The position numbers were made by a program, and so were the translations under genes. A DNA stretch of 64,000 nt from an uncultured virus (IMG/VR IMGVR_UViG_3300042319_002819) (lineage: Duplodnaviria > Heunggongvirae > Uroviricota > Caudoviricetes): IMG/VR virus record IMGVR_UViG_3300042319_002819; one strand, given 5' to 3'. How positions within the stretch are numbered: the stretch's first letter is position 1; the number at the start of each line of letters is the position of its first letter. Positions 38,636-47,129 of this stretch are shown piece by piece. The notes beneath the pieces were generated by a model. That model was not told the DNA's origin, did no database searches, and saw only the letters and a list, made by a program, of their open reading frames with translations.

Positions 38636-39624
38636 TTATTCGCACCATAGACCAAGGATGGGGGCAGGAATGGCCCTTGAAACAATTTGAAAAAGAATTG
38701 CTAGACCAGTATCTAGCACCAGTGTCCCGGGATGCAAGTCGTACAGTGGTCATCAACAGTATCTGGTACACTGATCAGTTGCATGCCCAAACACTCAATG
38801 AATTGCGACAACTTGACTTTGATCAAATTGTGCTGTTGGCTACCCTAGACTGTGCAATACCACACCCAGAATGGTTTGCTGAATTTGACTGCAAAGTGTT
38901 GGCCGTGGGCTACTATCCAGGTGCAAACTACTTGGATTTCTGGGCACTGGTTGTTGATCGATTTTTTGCCATGCCCGACTATGCCATCAATGATCCCACC
39001 ATGATAGACACTGCCTACATGTGTTTGAACAGAAAGCCGCACTGGCACCGACGACAAGTTTATCAACAACTCAAAGATGCTGACTTACTGGATCATGGTA
39101 TTGTCAGCATGGGTGGCGATGACGAATATCCGCCACAGCGCATTTTGTTATTAGACGATGGCCAAACCGATATTGCACCCAATCCTGGTCCCGGACAACA
39201 CGGCATTGCCAATGACATTGCAAGCTTGGGGCATAGAAAAAATTGGCAACGACACTTGTTAAATGTTGTCACAGAAACAGTGTGGGACATTGATCATCAT
39301 CATTTTGTCAGTGAAAAAATATTCAAACCCATGCTGGGACAACGACCGTTTATAGTGTATGATCCAACGGGAGCAACAGCGTGGCTGACGCATCGAGGTT
39401 TTGAGACCTACTATCAGGATTTTAGTGACATTGCTGACTTTGATATTGCACCGGCAGGTCAGCAAGTACAGTTTTTAACTAACCTGTGCGCACAACCCAA
39501 CTCATATTGGTTGTCCAAGTATGTTGCGCTACAGGACAAGATACTGTATAATAAAAACAGATTCAGTGAATATGTCACCGAACAACAGGTTAAAATTAAA
39601 CAAGGAATACAATGCCAAACTTAG
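38632..39624 (+). CDS. GT10-like putative glycosyltransferase (paralog 5)
   Basis: [36 protein letters not shown]. Confidence 0.6.
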   Translation: MIIRTIDQGWGQEWPLKQFEKELLDQYLAPVSRDASRTVVINSIWYTDQLHAQTLNELRQLDFDQIVLLATLDCAIPHPEWFAEFDCKVLAVGYYPGANYLDFWALVVDRFFAMPDYAINDPTMIDTAYMCLNRKPHWHRRQVYQQLKDADLLDHGIVSMGGDDEYPPQRILLLDDGQTDIAPNPGPGQHGIANDIASLGHRKNWQRHLLNVVTETVWDIDHHHFVSEKIFKPMLGQRPFIVYDPTGATAWLTHRGFETYYQDFSDIADFDIAPAGQQVQFLTNLCAQPNSYWLSKYVALQDKILYNKNRFSEYVTEQQVKIKQGIQCQT

Positions 39625-40205
39625 TCCCCATCGTTCTTGAGCAAACATCAAAAGGCGAACGAAGTTACGACATTTACAGTCGTCTGCTCCGAGATCGTAT
39701 CATCATGCTGGACACCGAAGTTGGTGAACATACTGCCAGTTTAATTGTTGCTCAAATGTTGTTTTTAGAAAGTGACAACCCTGACAAAGACATTAGTTTT
39801 TATATCAACAGTCCTGGGGGTAGTGTCACAGCCGGGATGGCCATCTACGATACCATGCAGTTTATCAAGTGCGATGTGCACACTATTGTCATGGGGCAGG
39901 CCTGTAGTATGGGTTCATTGTTGGCCACAGCCGGAGCACCGGGCAAGCGTTATATTTTGCCCTATGCTCGACACATGATCCATCAACCTTCGGGTGGTGC
40001 ACGTGGGCAGGCTACGGATATTCAAATCCAAGCCCGCGAAATACAAAAAATGAAAGAATATTTGACCAACATCTATGTCACGCACAATACCGCAGGAAAA
40101 ACCTATGCAGAATTGAGTGCTGACATGGAACGTGACTTCTTCATGAGTGCAGAAGAGTCAGTGGCCTACGGCCTAGCCGACAAGATTATCACCCGGCGTG
40201 ATTAA
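39612..40205 (+). CDS. clpP: Clp protease proteolytic subunit ClpP
   Basis: [39 protein letters not shown]. Confidence 0.97.
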   Translation: MPNLVPIVLEQTSKGERSYDIYSRLLRDRIIMLDTEVGEHTASLIVAQMLFLESDNPDKDISFYINSPGGSVTAGMAIYDTMQFIKCDVHTIVMGQACSMGSLLATAGAPGKRYILPYARHMIHQPSGGARGQATDIQIQAREIQKMKEYLTNIYVTHNTAGKTYAELSADMERDFFMSAEESVAYGLADKIITRRD

Positions 40206-40303
40206 AACCAGCCGGTGAATTCATCGGGGTCAACGAGGGGGTGAACTTCCCAGCCATCTCTTGACCAACGAAGCAACATTAATAGAGTTTCTAAGTATGT
40301 CAT
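40202..40303 (-). CDS. micro-ORF 4 (33 aa)
   Basis: [46 protein letters not shown]-coupled. Confidence 0.55.
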   Translation of the reverse strand: MTYLETLLMLLRWSRDGWEVHPLVDPDEFTGWF

Positions 40304-40377
40304 TTATTAAACTCCTCTGCCATACACACAAGAATTATTATCCCAAATAATATAATTTGAATTGCTGCCAATTCCAT
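40300..40377 (-). CDS. micro-ORF 3, single-TM peptide (25 aa)
   Basis: MELAAIQIILFGIIILVYMAEEFNK*; GGAG RBS. Confidence 0.55.
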   Translation of the reverse strand: MELAAIQIILFGIIILVCMAEEFNK

Positions 40378-40379
40378 GA

Positions 40380-40484
40380 TTATCTCCAATAATGATATTT
40401 GCTAGCAGAGCTTTGACGATATTCGTGAATCATCTCCGCCCAGGTCATTAATCCGTTAATGAATTTATTTAGAATATGTTTCAT
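40380..40484 (-). CDS. micro-ORF 2 (34 aa)
   Basis: MKHILNKFINGLMTWAEMIHEYRQSSASKYHYWR*; ATGA-coupled. Confidence 0.55.
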   Translation of the reverse strand: MKHILNKFINGLMTWAEMIHEYRQSSASKYHYWR

Positions 40485-40636
40485 AATCCGTAGTCCTGTT
40501 GATTATAACGATTAATCCAATAATTTACTTCGGCTTCATTCTGAAGATTTTTTGATTGTAAATAACGTTCTAAACGTGATTGATAATCTTGTTTAGGAAA
40601 CATTTCTGCTAATCTTTCTAATAGTCGTGCTATCAT
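40481..40636 (-). CDS. micro-ORF 1 (51 aa, DUF3563-like)
   Basis: AGGAGA RBS; MIARLLERLAEMFPKQDYQSRLERYLQSKNLQNEAEVNYWINRYNQQDYGL*. Confidence 0.65.
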   Translation of the reverse strand: MIARLLERLAEMFPKQDYQSRLERYLQSKNLQNEAEVNYWINRYNQQDYGL

Positions 40637-40659
40637 ATTTTCTCCTAGTTAATATAGAA

Positions 40660-40738
40660 ACTCGTGATTTCTACTGAGTATTTATGTTGCATTGCAACAA
40701 CACTCATGGTTTCTACTGAGTGTTGCACAAAAACAACA
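40660..40738. promoter_or_regulatory. complex divergent control region (20-bp direct repeats, PhaR-like palindrome, N8 palindrome)
   Basis: actcRtgRtttctactgagt at 40660 and 40702; tgttgcattgcaaca 40685; tgttg-N8-caaca 40721. Confidence 0.65.
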
Positions 40739-40758
40739 CCAAAAACGTCAAATTTTAG

Positions 40759-40787
40759 TTGACCAGAAACGCATCATTTGCTATAAT
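40759..40787 (+). promoter_or_regulatory. sigma70 early promoter
   Basis: TTGACC-17-TATAAT. Confidence 0.85.
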
Positions 40788-40818
40788 AGAAGCTACAGTA
40801 ACAAAACAGGAGTTCAAA

Positions 40819-41295
40819 ATGGGTACACGTTCAAGAATTGGTGTCATGCATGGTGACGTTTGCAAGTCAATTTACTGTCACTGGGATGGCTACCTAGAAC
40901 ACAATGGCAAGATCCTGCAAGAGCATTATGACAGTGCCCGGGCCAACCACCTGGTAGCACTTGGCGACATGAGTACTTTGCGTCCCGAGATTGGTGAGGC
41001 ACATGCTTTTAGCTATCATGATTTGCCCCAGGACGAAGTTGAAGCCTTCAAAGCCACAACAGCGAACATGTGCACCTTTTACGGTCGTGACCGCGGTGAG
41101 ACCGGCACAGACTTCAAAGTAGCACACACATTCACAGAATTTCTTGAGCAGGCAGATAACTGTGGTGCCGAATATTACTACATCATCAAAGACGGTGTAT
41201 GGTATTGCGGTACTACATACGAGAACACACATCCGCTGAGCCGGACTTTGACAGCGTTGACCGAGGCAATTGCCGCAGAAGAGGTGACAGCATGA
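40819..41295 (+). CDS. conserved early phage protein
   Basis: AGGAG RBS; MGTRSRIG..SIYCHWDGY..EYYY. Confidence 0.8.
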   Translation: MGTRSRIGVMHGDVCKSIYCHWDGYLEHNGKILQEHYDSARANHLVALGDMSTLRPEIGEAHAFSYHDLPQDEVEAFKATTANMCTFYGRDRGETGTDFKVAHTFTEFLEQADNCGAEYYYIIKDGVWYCGTTYENTHPLSRTLTALTEAIAAEEVTA

Positions 41296-41444
41296 TACAA
41301 ATTATACTTGGATTAATCATAGTCATGGGCGGTGTTGGCGGTGTTGAGAACAGCCAAACTGACTTTGATTTGCTGTTGGCCGCATTGATATCCGCATTTG
41401 GATTGATGATAATGGCCTCGGGTGTGAAATTTGTTAAGGAGTAA
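41292..41444 (+). CDS. small membrane protein
   Basis: Two hydrophobic helices; ATGA-coupled. Confidence 0.65.
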   Translation: MIQIILGLIIVMGGVGGVENSQTDFDLLLAALISAFGLMIMASGVKFVKE

Positions 41445-41446
41445 TT

Positions 41447-41647
41447 ATGGCATATCTAAGATTTGAACACGATCAAAAATGGGGGCCACGCAAAGGGCTT
41501 GAAGGTCCTTTTCACTACCCCAACGGTCAGGTCCTGTACTACGACCCCCGGGCAGGTGAGTACTACGACCCCACCACTGATTTTTACGTTCCCAACGAAG
41601 ATGTTGCAGAATTGCAACAGATGATTTTTCAGCGTCTAGCCAGTTGA
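41447..41647 (+). CDS. hypothetical phage protein
   Basis: GLEGPF...YYDP..GEYYDPTTDFY; AAGGAG RBS. Confidence 0.75.
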   Translation: MAYLRFEHDQKWGPRKGLEGPFHYPNGQVLYYDPRAGEYYDPTTDFYVPNEDVAELQQMIFQRLAS

Positions 41648-41672
41648 CCTGAAATGGCAGATTTCGTATAAT
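41644..41672 (+). promoter_or_regulatory. sigma70 early promoter
   Basis: TTGACC-17-TATAAT; tgttg-N8-caaca at 41602. Confidence 0.85.
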
Positions 41673-41705
41673 ACTTGTATTGTAAACAAAACAGGAGAAA
41701 CAGCA

Positions 41706-41981
41706 ATGGCTTCCATTAAAGAAATCAATTCTGCTATTATTGCAGGCAACTTTACCAATGATGAGCTGGTCAGTATTGGTGATGCGATTCGATTTGCCCG
41801 AGCGCAACTCACTCATCAAACTAAACGAAGTTTGACAATTGGTAGCACAGTGAAATTCACCAGCGCCAAACGTGGCATGACAGTGACTGGTACTGTGAGC
41901 AAGATTGCCATCAAGTACATCACAGTCAACAGTCCACAGGGTGCGTGGCGTGTGCCTGCCAACATGCTGGAGGTGGTATGA
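41706..41981 (+). CDS. hypothetical protein (SH3-like C-terminus)
   Basis: AGGAG RBS; G.V.KI..K...V....WRVPA.ML. Confidence 0.75.
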   Translation: MASIKEINSAIIAGNFTNDELVSIGDAIRFARAQLTHQTKRSLTIGSTVKFTSAKRGMTVTGTVSKIAIKYITVNSPQGAWRVPANMLEVV

Positions 41982-42157
41982 GTCAAATGAGCGAATTAGA
42001 TATTGAAATAAAATCAATGACATATTCTGAACTTGAACAGGCCTGGCTGGCGTTGAAGAATTCACCGTCAAAAGGTGTGCGTGACGAAGCCCTGCAAGAA
42101 TTTTACGTTCGAGAACTTGAGCGTCGTGAAAACATGTGGAAATCGATAGGTTTATAA
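41978..42157 (+). CDS. hypothetical protein
   Basis: GGAGG RBS; coupled. Confidence 0.6.
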   Translation: MSQMSELDIEIKSMTYSELEQAWLALKNSPSKGVRDEALQEFYVRELERRENMWKSIGL

Positions 42158-42654
42158 TGAACTGCAACCCTACACTCACTGCCGAAGAATTCAAGACCAT
42201 CCATAATGCCTTGTGGGAGTTGGATGGTGTCAAACAAGAACTTGAAAGTGTTCTGCACAAAGACCTTTACATCAAGTTGGCCCGTGTGGCAGGTGATATC
42301 CGCAAAGGGCTGAGTAGTGCCTATGAACAGGATTCACAGGCGGTTGAGCGCAAGAGCGATCACTATGAGCGAATCCGTGAAGAACTGGGACTCTCAACGA
42401 CATGGAGTATGTACGAGGTCAATGATCTCAATGAACGTCATCCTTACCAGGCGGCCACAACTGTGATTTACACCGATCACTGGGGCGACAAGGATGCTGT
42501 GAGGATTCCAATCAATGGCTTGACCTGGGCCGCATTGTACGTGGCCGCCAATGCCGCCATCCGTGACAGTGGCGACACCCATCATGTCTACATTGAAGAT
42601 TTCAAACCCTCTGAGGGCGATGTCACCACTTTGAGGCTAACTACCGGAAGCTGA
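42157..42654 (+). CDS. hypothetical protein
   Basis: SGD.HHVYIEDF....L.TGS C-terminus; coupled. Confidence 0.7.
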   Translation: MNCNPTLTAEEFKTIHNALWELDGVKQELESVLHKDLYIKLARVAGDIRKGLSSAYEQDSQAVERKSDHYERIREELGLSTTWSMYEVNDLNERHPYQAATTVIYTDHWGDKDAVRIPINGLTWAALYVAANAAIRDSGDTHHVYIEDFKPSEGDVTTLRLTTGS

Positions 42655-42659
42655 CAACA

Positions 42660-42908
42660 ATGAAGTCTACACGAGTTGACGGTGGCAATCTTAGTTTTAG
42701 AAACAATTGGAACATTGACGTGGTAGAAACAGCCACCGAGATGTTTGGACCGCCAGGTACTCAAACCGGCCGGCGTTGGTTTTATCGTGTGCAATTTCTC
42801 AACGAAGAATGGCGTAGAAAAGGTAGAAAAGCAGACTTAAAAGTACTGTTGTATTTTCGCAACAGTATAGATGCCACGTTTTTCTGCTTAAAAAAGTCGC
42901 AGAAATAA
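42660..42908 (+). CDS. hypothetical protein (F...DA.FF.L family)
   Basis: FGPPG...RW ... YFRNSIDATFFCLK. Confidence 0.6.
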   Translation: MKSTRVDGGNLSFRNNWNIDVVETATEMFGPPGTQTGRRWFYRVQFLNEEWRRKGRKADLKVLLYFRNSIDATFFCLKKSQK

Positions 42909-42910
42909 GT

Positions 42911-42965
42911 GGTTGACCAGAATTGCCCATTTTGCTATAATAGAAGTATAGTAAGAAACAAGGAG
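42911..42965 (+). repeat. promoter-RBS cassette copy 1
   Basis: ggttgaccagaattgcccattttgctataatagaagtatagtaagaaacaaggag; near-identical to 43295-43350. Confidence 0.85.
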
Positions 42966-42970
42966 TCGGG

Positions 42971-43300
42971 ATGCAAGCAACAGAATTAGACACAAAATCA
43001 GCACCATTTGCCTGGGTTGCGGCAAGAGATGCGGCCATGAAAAGTTATGCCGCTAGCACTCTTTACACAGAGGCACAGAAAGTTCGAGCCGAGCGTATGA
43101 AATTGGGGCTTGAATTGGTGTACTCCTTTAAGCAGGCTTACATCACTTATCGTAAAAAATTCATCACAATTAAGTTAGATCAGGCCCGGGTCAAGGATCG
43201 TAAAACTCTAACTCTTTTAGAGCAAGATTATACAGTTGAAGGCAGTATTACTAAAGTAGTAACAGATCAGGGTGTAACTTATCGTATTTCACGAGGTTGA
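42971..43300 (+). CDS. hypothetical protein
   Basis: ORF between two cassette repeats; stop TGA lies inside next TTGACC. Confidence 0.7.
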   Translation: MQATELDTKSAPFAWVAARDAAMKSYAASTLYTEAQKVRAERMKLGLELVYSFKQAYITYRKKFITIKLDQARVKDRKTLTLLEQDYTVEGSITKVVTDQGVTYRISRG

Positions 43301-43350
43301 CCAGAATTTACCATTTTGCTATAATAGAAGTATAGTAAGAAACAAAGGAG
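43295..43350 (+). repeat. promoter-RBS cassette copy 2
   Basis: ggttgaccagaatttaccattttgctataatagaagtatagtaagaaacaaaggag. Confidence 0.85.
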
Positions 43351-43356
43351 CTAGAT

Positions 43357-43620
43357 ATGCTGAAATTTGCAAACATTGCCCAGGTTGGTGACACAATCCG
43401 TGCATATGACTTCAAGCCCATGGTGGGTCGTGAAGATTGTTTTGTTGAAGGTGTAGTAAGCAAAATTGACAACCGAGGTTACGACTGTTATGTGATTGTG
43501 GTTACCAAAGACAGCTGGAGCGATGCTGAAGATCCTGGTCGTGTTGACAAAGAAGTGTTTGTCCCGTTTGAAGTCAGCTTCCGGGAATTCGATGCCCGTG
43601 TAATGAACCTGAGCCGATAA
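43357..43620 (+). CDS. hypothetical protein
   Basis: VGDTIRAYDF...DCFVEG.V. Confidence 0.75.
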   Translation: MLKFANIAQVGDTIRAYDFKPMVGREDCFVEGVVSKIDNRGYDCYVIVVTKDSWSDAEDPGRVDKEVFVPFEVSFREFDARVMNLSR

Positions 43621-43622
43621 TT

Positions 43623-43868
43623 ATGATGATATCTCAAAGACAAATAGACGATGCACTACAATGGACTGGTGCAGTGGCCATCATTGCCGGACATGTACTC
43701 AACAGCATTGGTCCCAGCATGTACCCCTGGAACATTGCAACCTTTGCTGTGGGCACTGTGATGTTCCTGGCCTGGGCCATTCGAGTAAACAACAAACCGC
43801 AGATGTTGGTGAATGTTGTGGCATTTGCCATTGGACTTGTAGGTTTGGTCAAGGCGTTTGCACAATGA
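43623..43868 (+). CDS. small 3-TM membrane protein
   Basis: Hydrophobic, YPWNI motif. Confidence 0.7.
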   Translation: MMISQRQIDDALQWTGAVAIIAGHVLNSIGPSMYPWNIATFAVGTVMFLAWAIRVNNKPQMLVNVVAFAIGLVGLVKAFAQ

Positions 43869-44215
43869 AAGTATTTTTAGAAACCACGGTGTGGGAGACC
43901 AATACTCCCAATCATGTCTACTTCATGGATGACAGCAAGAGCAAAATGTTTGCCTATGTGAAGTTTGGCAAAGGCTCACCATTCAAGTTTAAAAAACCCA
44001 TACGCATTGATGTTCGTGGTCGCAAATTCAAAGAAGTGCCAAACGTCTGGAAATTCTCATTAAAAGAGGAAGAGCCCGAAGGCCGTGTGGTCATTGTAAA
44101 AGGTAGCAAAGGTGACGAATACCGAGTCACCGAAGTACATGGCAATTGGAATTGTACTTGTTCAGGATTCAAATTTCGTGGTGATTGTAAACACGTTAAA
44201 AGTGTACAGCCATAA
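43865..44215 (+). CDS. SWIM zinc-finger protein
   Basis: V.GSKGDEY.V ... CTCSGFKFRGDCKH. Confidence 0.8.
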   Translation: MKVFLETTVWETNTPNHVYFMDDSKSKMFAYVKFGKGSPFKFKKPIRIDVRGRKFKEVPNVWKFSLKEEEPEGRVVIVKGSKGDEYRVTEVHGNWNCTCSGFKFRGDCKHVKSVQP

Positions 44216-44216
44216 G

Positions 44217-44244
44217 AAAGCCCCTTTCGGGGCTTTTGTTTTTT
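44217..44244. terminator. bidirectional intrinsic terminator
   Basis: aaagcccc-tttc-ggggcttt plus T-run between convergent genes. Confidence 0.85.
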
Positions 44245-44470
44245 ACGCGGCGTCTACAAACTTCTTGAGTTCTTCGGCTTTGACCACAATGTCCGTGCTA
44301 GACGGAAAATCTGGCATGGTTGGGAAAGGTAGCGTACCACGATTGGCATCAGTTAGTTTAGAGTGGTACTCATCCTTGAGTTCTCCACGTCTTTCGTGAA
44401 CTGGCGTTTGAAGTATCTCTCTGGCCAGATGTAACAGTTCGAGACGGATCTCGTAAGGTGTTTTGCTCAT
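44243..44470 (-). CDS. conserved T4-like hypothetical protein
   Basis: MSKTPYEIRLELL..A ... P...DI...AEELKKFV; AGGAG RBS. Confidence 0.75.
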   Translation of the reverse strand: MSKTPYEIRLELLHLAREILQTPVHERRGELKDEYHSKLTDANRGTLPFPTMPDFPSSTDIVVKAEELKKFVDAA

Positions 44471-44588
44471 GTTTTTCTCCTGTGTATGTGTGTGTCGTTC
44501 AAGTCCCGCCCCTTGCAGGACAAGATTGCTACACGAGCATGTTTACTTATAAATGTAATTGATAGTGGTAGAATTTTCGTGTTCAAAG

Positions 44589-44612
44589 AAAAACCCGCCG
44601 AAGCGGGTTTTT
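44589..44612. terminator. intrinsic terminator after porin
   Basis: aaaaacccgc-cgaa-gcgggttttt. Confidence 0.85.
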
Positions 44613-44627
44613 ACTTGGGTTCTAAAT

Positions 44628-45605
44628 TTAGAACAGGTGTTGTACTGACACAACAGTGGCAGTGGTATCTTTGGCGTTCAATGTTTTGTAATCTTCCTTC
44701 AACCAACGAGCATGCAACCATGTTCGCTTGCTGAGTGCATAACTGGCACCCAAGTTTTGGCTGTCAATTTCAACTGCACCAGTTTTCTTGCCCACGCTGG
44801 CCAACAGCAACAACTGTGGCTGAATCCAGTAACCAACATTTACGCTAGAGCCAGTAGAGTCCAGGCCAAGAATTTTGTCCTTAGAGTACACTGTACTCAA
44901 CTGTAATTGCTTGTTGGCACGGAACGTGGCACCGTATGCTGTGCTCTTGTTGATGCCACCATCATCAATTGTGGCAACACCCACTGACACACGATTAGCG
45001 TCATATTCAACGCGAGTACCAATAGTATCAGGTTTGCCAGCTACTTCGCTCAAGGTGTGTTGATATGCAACCAACATTCCTTTAACAGGTCGCGCAGTCA
45101 AAAACACTGTGTTATTTGCACGTATGCCGTGTACATCATGAATGTTGGGACCTAGGTAATAATCTAGAAACAAAAATGAACTATAATACTTTTCATGCAT
45201 GTTTACCAAAACATGCTTGTCACGACCTGCCTTGAGCTCAAACATGCCATTGCGCAAACCCACAACGCTGGCACGATCACCAATTGATGTGGCAGCCACA
45301 GTGCCTCGCGGAGCATCGGCTGCAAATCCAGTTTCGATGTTGTAAAATGCAGTCAACCCGCCACCAAGATTTTCACTACCACTAAAACCAATACGGCTGC
45401 TCAGATTGGTCATGGTTGTAAGGTCACCGGCTGCGCCAACACTTTGGTTGGCAATGCCAGTGTGTACTTGACCGTATATATTGATGGTACTGGACTTGGC
45501 TTCACCGACACCTCGGAAAGGTTGGTCAACTTGGGCAAACGCAGTCACAGTGCCAAGCATTACAGCGGCACCAAATAGCATTGATGCTAATTTAGATTTT
45601 TTCAT
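44628..45605 (-). CDS. Gram-negative trimeric porin (betaproteobacterial type)
   Basis: Signal peptide, INIYGQV, SRIGFSGSENLGGGLTA, Y.LSKRT, C-terminal H.F. Confidence 0.9.
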   Translation of the reverse strand: MKKSKLASMLFGAAVMLGTVTAFAQVDQPFRGVGEAKSSTINIYGQVHTGIANQSVGAAGDLTTMTNLSSRIGFSGSENLGGGLTAFYNIETGFAADAPRGTVAATSIGDRASVVGLRNGMFELKAGRDKHVLVNMHEKYYSSFLFLDYYLGPNIHDVHGIRANNTVFLTARPVKGMLVAYQHTLSEVAGKPDTIGTRVEYDANRVSVGVATIDDGGINKSTAYGATFRANKQLQLSTVYSKDKILGLDSTGSSVNVGYWIQPQLLLLASVGKKTGAVEIDSQNLGASYALSKRTWLHARWLKEDYKTLNAKDTTATVVSVQHLF

Positions 45606-45823
45606 TATGAGAGTTTCCTATATAAAATTGAACAATAAACTTACCGTTCAGAACAATTATATAGCGTCGGTAGTACAATGGTCAATAAAAACCAGTGGTA
45701 TTTTCATGATTTGGATGAATTTGCTGTTAATCTGAGCACATTACTTGTTGCTTTTATTTTGTTAATGTCATATACTAGTAACACGATGCAAACAACATCG
45801 AACTACTTAAAAGGAAATTTTTT

Positions 45824-46093
45824 ATGAAACATATGAATCCAGAAACCAAGACCTTCAAGGTGTTCACTGCCCTGCGTAGCGGCGACACTCTCACTCCTGC
45901 CGAAGCCAAAAAGCGTTTTGGCGTGGGTAACTTGGCTGCCGAAGCCAGCCGTATTCGTCAGCACGGCTTTGCTGTGTATGCAAACAGCCGCAAAGCTGGT
46001 AACGGTGTAACAGTTACCGAGTATGTTTTGGGCAAGCCAAGCCGCAAGGTTGTGGCAGCTGGCTACCGAGCATTGGCCATGGGTTTGGTCTAA
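45824..46093 (+). CDS. winged-helix DNA-binding protein
   Basis: G.TLT..EA..RFGV.N..A..S.IR..G. Confidence 0.65.
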   Translation: MKHMNPETKTFKVFTALRSGDTLTPAEAKKRFGVGNLAAEASRIRQHGFAVYANSRKAGNGVTVTEYVLGKPSRKVVAAGYRALAMGLV

Positions 46094-46130
46094 TAGACTG
46101 TCGCTGAACTGTTCAACTAGTTCACAGTAG

Positions 46131-46160
46131 AAAAAGCCACCGCCTAGGTGGCTTTTTCTT
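46131..46160. terminator. intrinsic terminator
   Basis: aaaaagccacc-gccta-ggtggcttttt. Confidence 0.85.
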
Positions 46161-46171
46161 TAAATACTGCT

Positions 46172-47089
46172 ATGAAAATAACAGGTCTGCATATTGAGCC
46201 CACTAATATATGCACGTTGAAATGCAGTGGATGTGCTCGAACTCGATTTATACAAAAATGGCCTCAGCATTGGCGGAACCACAGCATTGACGTTTCTAGC
46301 TTGATGCAGTTCCTGGACATTGATTTGCAAAACATCAACATTGAATTTTGCGGCAATTACGGTGACCCAATCTATCATCCCAACTTTGTTGAAATGGTGG
46401 CAGCCTTCAAACAACGTAGCGCCAACATAGCCATCACCACCAATGGCAGTTACCGAACACCAAGTTGGTGGAATGAATTGTGCGACCAACTAGGTCCCAA
46501 CGATGTAGTACGATTCAGCATTGACGGCATGCCTGACAACTTTACCCAATACCGAGTAAACGCAGACTGGGAGTCAATCAAACTTGGGATTACTGCCTGC
46601 GTTGACCGTGGCATTAAAACAATTTGGAAATTTATACCGTTTTCATTCAACGAACTTCAAATCGAACAAGCTCGACTACTAAGCCAGGACCTGGGCATGT
46701 CTGAGTTTGTGGTCAATCTCAGTGATAGGTTTGATCAGCAAACTGTGCATTTGATCCCAAGTAGCTCGCTGGTGGGCAAGAAAAAAACTGTGCACGAGCA
46801 CCAACAACAGGGCCAACAATACGCAGTTGAGCCCAAATGTCTGCAGAGACGCGGCGAACATTTTATAACTGCCACCGGACACTATGCTCCGTGCTGTTTT
46901 GTTGCTGACCATAGATTTTACTACAAAACGCCGTTTGGTAAAAACATAGACAGCTACAACATAGCCAACACCACATTCACCAAGTTACTTGGAGAAGAAT
47001 CGGTGAAGAGTTTTTACCAGACCATAACTGATCAGCCACCAAACGTGTGCCAATTTAACTGTCCGGGCACAACCCCAGTTGACCAATAA
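46172..47089 (+). CDS. radical SAM enzyme with SPASM/twitch-like C-terminus
   Basis: CTLKCSGC, GNYGDP, TNGS, FSIDG, C...G..APCC, C..NC; TAAATA 5 nt upstream. Confidence 0.88.
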   Translation: MKITGLHIEPTNICTLKCSGCARTRFIQKWPQHWRNHSIDVSSLMQFLDIDLQNINIEFCGNYGDPIYHPNFVEMVAAFKQRSANIAITTNGSYRTPSWWNELCDQLGPNDVVRFSIDGMPDNFTQYRVNADWESIKLGITACVDRGIKTIWKFIPFSFNELQIEQARLLSQDLGMSEFVVNLSDRFDQQTVHLIPSSSLVGKKKTVHEHQQQGQQYAVEPKCLQRRGEHFITATGHYAPCCFVADHRFYYKTPFGKNIDSYNIANTTFTKLLGEESVKSFYQTITDQPPNVCQFNCPGTTPVDQ

Positions 47090-47129
47090 TAGAAGATAGT
47101 GTATAATTACACTGTGAACAGGAGTTAAC

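Noticed and set aside
41445..42260. 271-aa minus-strand ORF
   Set aside because: Overlaps four plus-strand genes with good RBSs and a promoter; no recognisable motif
42911..43350. CRISPR-like or att-site repeats
   Set aside because: Repeats are promoter-RBS units separated by a whole gene, not regularly spaced short spacers; the Cas4-like nuclease at 2064 has no cas context
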